A stretch of 32,903 nucleotides of DNA, from IMG/VR virus record IMGVR_UViG_3300005827_000051, positions 1 to 32,903 of that record; one strand, given 5' to 3'. Each line of letters opens with the position of its first letter. The first letter of the stretch is position 1. The notes under the pieces were generated by a model that did no database searches, was not told where the DNA came from, and saw nothing but the letters and a program-made list of their open reading frames with translations. This document shows positions 18,255 to 24,523 of the stretch, in pieces. Made by a program: the position numbers and the translations under genes. This stretch comes from a virus.

Positions 18255-18685
18255 TGTTATCAAAAATTGGGTTGTTAATATCTTTTTTTATAGTCGGAAT
18301 GATGGCTGGATATTTCTATGGTAAAAGCGTTGAGAGTAAAAATCTTGATGTGTTTAAAGACACTATTCAGCAACAGTTCCTTGCTCAATTGGCCGAAAAA
18401 GAATTGATGGTTGATAACCAAATTAAAGTGACTGAGAAAACGAATGTTACCCATCAAAAAGCTATTAGCGATATCCGGGAGTATTATGCTGGCCTCCTGC
18501 GCCAGCGCGCCACTGCCAATACCCAATGTCGTGTGCCCACCGTTTCCAACACCGCCCCATCAATTGATGCAATCCCCGCCGACGCTATACCTATTGCCGC
18601 CGACTGCGCAGAAACCACAAGACAGCTAGTAGATTTGCAGGGGTGGATAGTAGAGCAACAAGCATTACTTGAAAAAGTTGAATAG
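18254..18685 (+). CDS. i-spanin (Rz-like)
   Basis: 143 aa with an N-terminal TM (IGLLISFFIVGMMAGYFYG) and a periplasmic coiled coil. It contains an embedded lipoprotein ORF in the +1 frame. Confidence 0.75.
   Translation: MLSKIGLLISFFIVGMMAGYFYGKSVESKNLDVFKDTIQQQFLAQLAEKELMVDNQIKVTEKTNVTHQKAISDIREYYAGLLRQRATANTQCRVPTVSNTAPSIDAIPADAIPIAADCAETTRQLVDLQGWIVEQQALLEKVE
18444..18629 (+). CDS. o-spanin (Rz1-like), fully embedded in the i-spanin gene
   Basis: 61 aa. Lipobox LAS|C (MLPIKKLLAISGSIMLASC). The mature peptide is short and very Pro-rich (PLPIPNVVCPPFPTPP...) with one further Cys. This is the classic embedded Rz/Rz1 architecture. Confidence 0.8.
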   Translation: MLPIKKLLAISGSIMLASCASAPLPIPNVVCPPFPTPPHQLMQSPPTLYLLPPTAQKPQDS

Positions 18686-19138
18686 CTGCAAAGCTATTGG
18701 CATTGCTACTATTAATAAAGACAGGATAGCTGTTGCGGCGTACATCCTATGAGATAATTTAAGAACGACATTTTCTAGCCTGTCGAACCTAACGTCTACC
18801 TTATCAAATCTATAGTCCATTTCTTGCTTAAGCGAATCGATTCGCTTATCTATAGAATCGACTCGCTTATCCAACGAATCAACTCGATGAGTAAGAACAT
18901 CTAATTTTTTGTCGATAGCACTAACCTTTTGGTCTAAACAGTCTATCTTTTCCTCGACCTTGGTTATCTTTTTGTCATGGCTGTCCTGCGTCGACAACAT
19001 TCTTCCTTGTGTTTCTCTTATCGTAATAAGCTGCTGCAGCAAGAAAACAGAAGGCTGCTCGCTATAGTCATTTCTGTGGCGCGAATGGCTACTCTTTGGG
19101 TTAGGTTTCGTGGTAGGTTCAGTCATGTTTTGTCCCAA
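18665..19138 (-). CDS. Tail-anchored coiled-coil protein with heptad tandem repeats (attP-adjacent cargo gene)
   Basis: 157 aa. Basic, disordered N-terminus. Repeats VDSLDKR/VDSIDKR/IDSLKQE/MDYRFDK/VDVRFDR. A single C-terminal TM (AATAILSLLIVAMPIALQLF). The architecture resembles XhlA-type or Bdr-type proteins, but this is an analogy only. It overlaps the i-spanin 3' end convergently by 21 nt. Confidence 0.7.
   Translation of the reverse strand: MGQNMTEPTTKPNPKSSHSRHRNDYSEQPSVFLLQQLITIRETQGRMLSTQDSHDKKITKVEEKIDCLDQKVSAIDKKLDVLTHRVDSLDKRVDSIDKRIDSLKQEMDYRFDKVDVRFDRLENVVLKLSHRMYAATAILSLLIVAMPIALQLFNFFK
18829..18848. repeat. 20-bp perfect palindrome taagcgaatcgattcgctta
   Basis: Verified base by base. 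It lies in the repeat-coding part of 18665..19138 (DKRIDSLK). Confidence 0.9.
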
Positions 19139-19280
19139 TGACTCGAGGAAATTGATGCCGAATGGACTATTGTAGACTAAATAAGGATAGAATGAAAACT
19201 TAGGCTTGGAGATTGTTCATCTCTCAGCCCACATAAATCCCGCAGTGTACTTTGTAATGTGTTGTTTTATATATAAATCA

Positions 19281-19298
19281 TGGTGCCCGAGACCGGAA
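19281..19298 (-). other. tRNA 3'-end-like segment (candidate attP core)
   Basis: The minus strand reads TTCCGGTCTCGGGCACCA, which is consistent with the end of a T-loop, a T-stem 3' strand, a 7-nt acceptor strand, a discriminator A and CCA. Upstream sequence does not fold into a full tRNA, so this is at most a fragment. Confidence 0.3.
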
Positions 19299-19339
19299 AC
19301 TTTCGGTTAATTTGTGTTTTTCTCATAAATCTCCATTTG

Positions 19340-19394
19340 TGCCAATAAAACCCATTATCTAATTGAAGATAAAGAAGAATTTATTGCCAATAAA
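19340..19394. repeat. Direct repeats tgccaataaa (19340-19349 and 19385-19394), candidate integrase arm-type sites
   Basis: Two exact 10-bp copies 45 bp apart, in the int-proximal non-coding region. Confidence 0.4.
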
Positions 19395-19470
19395 GGTTGA
19401 GAAACCCCATTGTGTTTTGTGTTAATATAGCGAGACTTTGCTCATCATCCCCCAAAAATCCCCCACAAAC

Positions 19471-20448
19471 ATGGCTTCATTTAAAAAATCAACTTCAGGA
19501 TGGCGTGCTCAGATTGAGCGGCTGGGCATCAGGAAATCAAAAACCTTTCCAACTAAGGCTGCTGCTCAAGCATGGGCCACTAAAGAAGAGGCGGCTATTC
19601 TTGCTGGAGCGCGAGGGGAAATCCCACATCACTCTCTACGCGAAGCACTGGATCGATACGCACGAGAAGTCTCTCCATCAAAACGCGGGGTAAGGTGGGA
19701 GATTATTAGGCTCGCTTCTTTTGCTAGAACGATGCCATTTGCCGACCAGTGGCTGCACCGAATAACGCCAAATGATATTGGACAATGGCGCGATTTAAGA
19801 CTCGTTGTCGTTAAGCGTTCCAGCGTTAGGCGTGATTTTAACCTGCTTAAAGCTGTTTTTAATCGGGCGATTAAAGAATGGCGTTGGCTAGAATCAAGTC
19901 CAATGAGAGATGTTGCCATGCCGGATGATGAAAAGCCAAGAACTCGTCGCATACACTGGCGAGAGGTATTGGCTATTTGCCGTGCTTTAGGCTACAAAGA
20001 TGGGGAGGTTGAGACGAAGTCTCAGGAAGTGGCTCTGGCTTTCCTGCTTTCCCTTAGAACCGCCATGAGGGCTGGCGAGATACTAAGCTTGTCTGACACT
20101 ACGGTTGACCTGGAAAGGCGCGTAGCTATGCTATGCGACACCAAGAATGGTGATGATCGCACCGTTCCGCTAACGAAGCGTGCAGCACGGCTACTGCGAT
20201 CGGTATCGGGAAGAGGCAAATTATTTTCAGTTAACAATGCCACTCGCGACGCTTTATTTCGCAGAGCTTGCCGAAAGGCAGGTGTGCTAGACCTGCACTT
20301 TCATGACGCAAGAGCTGAAGCATTAACCAGGCTTTCTCGTCGAGTTGATGTGATGACGTTAGCACGCATTAGTGGACATCGTGACTTGAAGATTTTGATG
20401 CAGACTTACTACCGCGAGACCGCGGAACAGATTGCCGCTCGCCTCTGA
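19471..20448 (+). CDS. int: Tyrosine integrase
   Basis: 325 aa from ATG 19471; the listed ORF starts 33 nt earlier at a non-ATG codon. Catalytic-domain motifs are LRTAMRAGEIL (Arg), HFHDARAEALTRL (H-x-x-R) and GHRDLKILMQTYY (His...Tyr). Confidence 0.9.
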   Translation: MASFKKSTSGWRAQIERLGIRKSKTFPTKAAAQAWATKEEAAILAGARGEIPHHSLREALDRYAREVSPSKRGVRWEIIRLASFARTMPFADQWLHRITPNDIGQWRDLRLVVVKRSSVRRDFNLLKAVFNRAIKEWRWLESSPMRDVAMPDDEKPRTRRIHWREVLAICRALGYKDGEVETKSQEVALAFLLSLRTAMRAGEILSLSDTTVDLERRVAMLCDTKNGDDRTVPLTKRAARLLRSVSGRGKLFSVNNATRDALFRRACRKAGVLDLHFHDARAEALTRLSRRVDVMTLARISGHRDLKILMQTYYRETAEQIAARL

Positions 20449-20623
20449 GCCGCTGTACGCGCAGCCATTCGTCAATCTCTTCGCGCAACCAACGTCGCGT
20501 TCTTGCCGAGAAATTTAGGGCAGGCGTAGGGAAGTCTGGATGCTTGACCAAATGATCTCTGACGTATGTATAGGTTAGCCCTGTCAAATTGGCGATATCT
20601 TGGGTGGAAATATAGTTGCTCAT
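20369..20623 (-). CDS. xis: Excisionase / AlpA-like HTH protein
   Basis: ATG 20623 (Met18 of the listed ORF). MSNYISTQDIANLTGLTYTYVRDHLVKHPDFPTPALNFSARTRRWLREEIDEWL fits the AlpA/excisionase HTH pattern (...FP.P......R.W...E...W). It is the last gene of the leftward operon, and its 3' 80 nt overlap the int 3' end. Confidence 0.6.
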   Translation of the reverse strand: MSNYISTQDIANLTGLTYTYVRDHLVKHPDFPTPALNFSARTRRWLREEIDEWLRVQRLRGERQSVPRSRGSKSASKSSSHDVH

Positions 20624-20657
20624 TCGTATTTCTTTCTGTTGACAACAGTAACTAGAC

Positions 20658-21125
20658 CTAAAACGGAATATCACTCTCTAACTCTTCGTATGGCAGACTA
20701 TCTTTATCGGCATACGAAGCTTTCCTCGCCGGGGGCAGTGGCGTCGGCTCCACTGGAGCACGCTTATCGACTGGCCCAGTATCCGCTGACTTACCACCCA
20801 ACATCTGCATCCTGTCTACCCTAATCTGAACCATGCTTTTCTTCTCTCCAGTATTCTGGTCTTGCCATTCATTGGTTCTAATCGATCCTTCGACATAGAC
20901 TAGAGAGCCTTTTTTTAGATACTTTTCCGCCGTCTCTCCTACTTTTCCAAAAAAGATAAGACGGTGCCATTCTGTAGATTCCTGTTTATTTCCTGTCTGC
21001 TTATCTGACCATGATTCTGAAGTGGCTAAGCTAGCACTAACTATTTTGCTTCCATTTTGCATTTCTCTGACTTCAGGGTCTTTCCCTAGATGACCCACTA
21101 GAATGACTTTGTTTACGCTTGGCAT
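20658..21125 (-). CDS. ssb: Single-stranded DNA-binding protein
   Basis: The OB-fold N-terminus VNKVILVGHLGKDPEVR...TEWHRLIFFGK..AEKYLKKGSLVYVEGSIRTNEW, a Pro/Gly-rich linker and the acidic tip ESDIPF are canonical bacterial-type SSB features. Confidence 0.95.
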   Translation of the reverse strand: MPSVNKVILVGHLGKDPEVREMQNGSKIVSASLATSESWSDKQTGNKQESTEWHRLIFFGKVGETAEKYLKKGSLVYVEGSIRTNEWQDQNTGEKKSMVQIRVDRMQMLGGKSADTGPVDKRAPVEPTPLPPARKASYADKDSLPYEELESDIPF

Positions 21126-21126
21126 A

Positions 21127-21444
21127 TTATTTACCTATCAGAAACTCTTCCTTGCTACGTCCATTAGCGATAAGCTCTTTCATCCATTTTGGCATTAGCC
21201 CGCGGCCAGACCATGTTAGCTGGTGGTTCTCTGGATGTCGGTACTTGGGCAATACCTGTTCGGCAGCTTTTTTAAATAGCTTTTCCAGGTTGATATCAAA
21301 CTCTGCAGCAAGAGCAATGATTCTTTTTCTAGCGTCTTTTCGTAGGGTTTTCCTCAATCCCTCAATTTCGTCCTCTATCTCATTTTTCTTCATGATAAGC
21401 TCAGCTAATTCCATCGGAAAAATATCGCTGTTAGTGGGTTGCAT
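21127..21444 (-). CDS. H-NS family DNA-binding protein
   Basis: Probable ATG 21444 (AAAGG 8 nt upstream); the listed GTG 21459 is an alternative. N-terminal coiled coil. The C-terminal KYRHPENHQLTWSGRGLMPKWMKELIANGRSKEEFLI carries the H-NS DNA-binding signature (TW(S/T)G(R/Q)GR.P.W ... (D/E)FLI). Confidence 0.8.
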   Translation of the reverse strand: MQPTNSDIFPMELAELIMKKNEIEDEIEGLRKTLRKDARKRIIALAAEFDINLEKLFKKAAEQVLPKYRHPENHQLTWSGRGLMPKWMKELIANGRSKEEFLIGK

Positions 21445-21470
21445 TAAGTTACCTTTCACAGGGTGATGGT

Positions 21471-21498
21471 ATTATAAAATTTGGTTACTCAAATCCAA
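21471..21498 (-). promoter_or_regulatory. Sigma70-like promoter in front of the H-NS-like gene
   Basis: The minus strand reads TTGGAT - 16 nt - TATAAT (-10 at 21476..21471, -35 at 21498..21493), about 25 nt upstream of ATG 21444. Confidence 0.45.
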
Positions 21499-21604
21499 GC
21501 CTGCTGGTTCTAGCGATAAAGTGACATCCTCTTTTAAGTGTTTGGCTATTGAGCCAGTAACGGCATTGTGGGCCATATGACTGCGCGTGACCGTAACAAA
21601 AACA

Positions 21605-21625
21605 CAGCCCCCTTCGTTGAGGCTG
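21605..21625 (-). terminator. Weak terminator-like hairpin between the DUF2829 and H-NS-like genes
   Basis: The minus strand reads cagcc-(11 nt)-ggctg followed by tgtttttgtt. An alternative 6-bp hairpin gttgag/ctcaac lies at 21616-21631. Confidence 0.3.
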
Positions 21626-21653
21626 CTCAACGCAATGGTGGTGTACTACATGA

Positions 21654-21968
21654 TTAGCAATAGGTTTCTAGCATTTTGGCGAAGTACCCCGACAGTTTAT
21701 CTTCTAAGCTTTCTTCGGCTTCTTTCTCTGACCTATTATCTTCATTGCCAGTTATTAGACTGGTTATAAGCCAATCGTCTGCCAGCAAATCTGTTTGCGA
21801 TGCCAGCCAAGGCACTAATTTCTTATCTGCCGTGTACATGCAGATATATGGCAATTGATCTTCAAGAAGCGGGGTGAGCAAAAAGATATACATATCCTTA
21901 CCATTCCATCCTTCGCGGGCCAGATGTCTCCCTTTTTTCAAAAATCCAAGTGCTTCACTGAAATTCAT
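21654..21968 (-). CDS. DUF2829 domain protein (Tad2-like candidate)
   Basis: MNFSEALGFLKKGRHLAREGWNGKDMYIFL...PYICMYTADKKLVPWLASQTDLLADDWLI matches the DUF2829 pattern as I recall it (M.F.EAL..LK.G....R.GWNGK.M.......PWL.SQ.D.LA.DW). It also has a ~35-aa acidic C-terminal extension. Confidence 0.75.
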   Translation of the reverse strand: MNFSEALGFLKKGRHLAREGWNGKDMYIFLLTPLLEDQLPYICMYTADKKLVPWLASQTDLLADDWLITSLITGNEDNRSEKEAEESLEDKLSGYFAKMLETYC

Positions 21969-21995
21969 TTTTCTCCCCTATTTTGTTAAAGTTCG

Positions 21996-22826
21996 TTATT
22001 TTATTCTAACGCTAAAGTAGTCAATGCCTTTTTCTCTAAAAGGCTCTAAATCAACATTAGGCAAATAGCCCTCTTTTACTTTTTTCCAGTTTATATTTCC
22101 TGATCGATGTAGCTTATTTACAATAACTTTGCTCCCTTGAGAGTATTTTCCTTGAACAAGTGATGTTAACGTCTCTTTTGCCCTATCTGCCTTTTCTTGT
22201 GCTAGTTTTAACAGATCAATTGCTTTGATATAGTCTCCCTCGGCCTTTGCCCATTCTTTATCGGTTCTTTCTCCAATAGTCGGCCAAAATTCATCCCAGG
22301 CTAATTTAATCTTATCCCAGCTTGTTTTGTCAGGGAAAACATCAACAGCTAGTCCATTGCAAGCCTCAGCATCCCACACCCATAATGTCGCTTTGTCTGC
22401 GCCAGTGACCATTAACTGATGTTGAATTTGCATAAAATCATCTGGCCTTACGGTGTCTACTAAAGCAATCCTCCACCGCTCACTATCTTTGCCTTTAAAT
22501 GGGACTTTCACTTCTAAGATTCTTTTATTATCTAGGCTAATTCCATCGAGACTGCAGCTGTACGTGCCATCGCTAAACACCGCCTGGCGCATAAGCTCAA
22601 ATTCATCTTCAAAAGCAGCTCTAGCTTCTTGTTCTTTATCACAGCCTTTTTGCATCGCGATATTAATAACTTGCTGTTGACCAAGCTTTGCTTTTCTCAC
22701 ATCGTTAACAGTCATGTAAGGCGATAGCTTCATAATGGCGGGTGTTTCTGATGCGTTTCTCAGCTCTTGCCTAGCTAGCAGCCATTTATCAGACCCTTGC
22801 TCTAGCATTAATTCTTTAGCTGTCAT
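21996..22826 (-). CDS. YqaJ-type (lambda Exo-like) recombination exonuclease
   Basis: EQGSDKWLLARQELRNASETPAIM, then SLDGIS...ILEVKVP (a PD-(D/E)XK D...E.K motif). It is coupled to the upstream Erf gene by a 4-nt overlap. There is a ~100-aa C-terminal extension. Confidence 0.85.
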   Translation of the reverse strand: MTAKELMLEQGSDKWLLARQELRNASETPAIMKLSPYMTVNDVRKAKLGQQQVINIAMQKGCDKEQEARAAFEDEFELMRQAVFSDGTYSCSLDGISLDNKRILEVKVPFKGKDSERWRIALVDTVRPDDFMQIQHQLMVTGADKATLWVWDAEACNGLAVDVFPDKTSWDKIKLAWDEFWPTIGERTDKEWAKAEGDYIKAIDLLKLAQEKADRAKETLTSLVQGKYSQGSKVIVNKLHRSGNINWKKVKEGYLPNVDLEPFREKGIDYFSVRIK

Positions 22827-23446
22827 GCCGCCACCTCTTCAAGAGTTGGCGCCGTCTTTTTCTTTTCTAAAGACCTGACTATCCTTTGGTATTCAGATTG
22901 CGGTATTTTACCTAGCGAATCTGTCTTATAGTGATTTAATAAATTATCTACGCTAGAGTTTGTTTCTTGAATTAGAGCTTTAATATTTTCTATCTCATTA
23001 TTAGTAAGCATTTTCACAGACACTTCGTGCGTTATTTGGTCTGCGTCGTTGTCACCCTCTGTTGGAATGGCGAACGCTTGAATGATGGCGTACTTATAAG
23101 CGGCTGACATTGCCTTGTTGGTGGCTTTATCTGCTGAGTCCATCGCCTCACCATAGGTACGAACGGTATGTTTTGAACCATCCTCGCTGCTCACAAAGTC
23201 AAACTCTGCCTCTACAGTCACATAGAACAGCCCGTGGCCTGATTTAGTTTGCCTCTCGCAGCTTTCCCTGGATAGCATTCTCGGAAGAATGCATAGCCCA
23301 TACTGGCCAAGCAAAGGTGATATAGCGTTATAAACATCGTCTATCCCTCTGAACTGATAGCCTTGCTGTGCATTCTTTCTATCCTTTGCAATCCCTGTTT
23401 TTGCTATCTGCGTCTGAATTTCGTTAATGGCTTTGTAAACTTTCAT
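22823..23446 (-). CDS. erf: Erf-family single-strand annealing protein
   Basis: ATG 23446 (GAGGA 7 nt upstream, TAATG coupling to the upstream ORF). QGYQFRGIDDVYNAISPLL...GEAMDSADKATNKAMSAAYKYAIIQAFAIPTEG is the ERF-family signature. Confidence 0.85.
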   Translation of the reverse strand: MKVYKAINEIQTQIAKTGIAKDRKNAQQGYQFRGIDDVYNAISPLLGQYGLCILPRMLSRESCERQTKSGHGLFYVTVEAEFDFVSSEDGSKHTVRTYGEAMDSADKATNKAMSAAYKYAIIQAFAIPTEGDNDADQITHEVSVKMLTNNEIENIKALIQETNSSVDNLLNHYKTDSLGKIPQSEYQRIVRSLEKKKTAPTLEEVAA

Positions 23447-23694
23447 TATTTTGTCCTCGAGATTTTTTCTGGTGTGATACAAACAATATCGTTGCCAGCT
23501 AAAATAAGCTCATAACTACCATCTCTCTTGTTGCGGCAATTTCTTCTGGTTTTAGCCAGCTCTTCGTCATAATCCATTGATCCGACAACACCAAGACAGC
23601 AGATTATGAATAAGGCAGCTACCACTGGTTTTAACCAAGCATGTCTCTTTAATGAGACATGCTTTCTCTGACGGTTTGTTATGAGGATGTTCAT
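23446..23694 (-). CDS. Small membrane-anchored protein (82 aa)
   Basis: Basic N-terminus followed by the hydrophobic segment WLKPVVAALFIICCLGVVG. No family recognised. Confidence 0.5.
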   Translation of the reverse strand: MNILITNRQRKHVSLKRHAWLKPVVAALFIICCLGVVGSMDYDEELAKTRRNCRNKRDGSYELILAGNDIVCITPEKISRTK

Positions 23695-23695
23695 A

Positions 23696-24052
23696 TTAAT
23701 TGGCCTGTATATGTTTTATCGCCAAATTAAGAATGTCGGTGCCTGATAGGTCTGCGCCTGAAAAATCCACATTAGCCATTTTGCACCCATACAAGCGCGC
23801 TCCACGCAAATTTGCGCCACGGAAACAGGCTCCTCTTAAGTCAGATCCTCTTAAATCTGAGCCGCTTAAATCTGCTCCTGAGAAATCAGCTCCCACAAGA
23901 TTAGCCCAAATAATATATTGATTGCTTAAGTTGGCATTTGCTAAACTGACTCCTTTGTTTACTGTTTTCTCTACCGTTTTTACAAGAGAATTAAACTCTT
24001 GTTCATGTTTAAATATGTATTTCTTTGCGATGCTTTTGATGGAAATATTCAT
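23696..24052 (-). CDS. Pentapeptide-repeat protein
   Basis: 118 aa. About 15 consecutive A(D/N)LXX-type pentapeptides (ANLSN..ANLVGADFSGADLSGSDLRGSDLRGACFRGANLRGARLYGCKMANVDFSGADLSGTDI). Confidence 0.9.
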   Translation of the reverse strand: MNISIKSIAKKYIFKHEQEFNSLVKTVEKTVNKGVSLANANLSNQYIIWANLVGADFSGADLSGSDLRGSDLRGACFRGANLRGARLYGCKMANVDFSGADLSGTDILNLAIKHIQAN

Positions 24053-24294
24053 GCATCCTTCTCACGTCCTTTAAACCGATAAACCGCTGGATCGGTATTA
24101 GCCTTCAAAACCTCTTTCTCTATGTCAGTCGTTAAAACACCGATCTTGCTTGTGAGCTTATTCAGCTCATTGACCAGAAAAAGCACCTCGTCATTTGATG
24201 TTCTAATGTTGCTAATTAGCGTTTCTATTCTGTGAGCCGCATACAGCGACATCCCATGAGATTCACGCAGCAATTCTTTTAATGTTTCGCACAT
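24049..24294 (-). CDS. Hypothetical early protein (81 aa)
   Basis: ATG 24294 lies 1 nt after the upstream stop, so the listed longer start would overlap the upstream gene. Helical composition. Confidence 0.5.
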   Translation of the reverse strand: MCETLKELLRESHGMSLYAAHRIETLISNIRTSNDEVLFLVNELNKLTSKIGVLTTDIEKEVLKANTDPAVYRFKGREKDA

Positions 24295-24295
24295 A

Positions 24296-24523
24296 TTAAT
24301 CGTTTCCACATAGAGAGTTATTTGCCCGACTGTCGATAAGATCATCAAATGTTCTTTTTAACGCATAGCGCACGTGCTCTTTGTGGTCATTACGATGGCA
24401 ATGATTAAGAATTAACATCGCTAACCCATAAGCGTTACCAATAGCTAGTCCACCGTCTTCATACATGTTCAGTCGTGCGGCGATTTCTTTTAAAGAAACA
24501 TGCGGTTTATTCTCAGCGTTCAT
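24296..24523 (-). CDS. Hypothetical early protein (75 aa)
   Basis: Internal ATG 24523 preceded by GGAG (GGAGACTGTAATG). MNAENKPHVSLKEIAARLN... might contain an HTH. Confidence 0.5.
   Translation of the reverse strand: MNAENKPHVSLKEIAARLNMYEDGGLAIGNAYGLAMLILNHCHRNDHKEHVRYALKRTFDDLIDSRANNSLCGND

Noticed and set aside
19261-19320. A complete tRNA gene at the attP region
   Set aside because: Only the last ~18 nt look tRNA-like. The preceding sequence (AAAGTTT in place of a TTCRANY T-loop, with no matching T-stem 5' strand) does not fold as a tRNA. It is kept only as a candidate attP core.
19397-19693. 98-aa + strand ORF overlapping the integrase 5' end
   Set aside because: It is in a different frame from the integrase, whose N-terminal domain reads convincingly from ATG 19471. 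There is no independent support for it.
21472-21630. Small minus-strand ORF (34-52 aa, ...MAHNAVTGSIAKHLKEDVTLSLEPAGLDLSNQIL) between the DUF2829 and H-NS-like genes
   Set aside because: There is no RBS, and its 3' half coincides with the TTGGAT-16-TATAAT promoter. A terminator-like hairpin lies in its 5' part. A regulatory intergenic region is the more economical reading.
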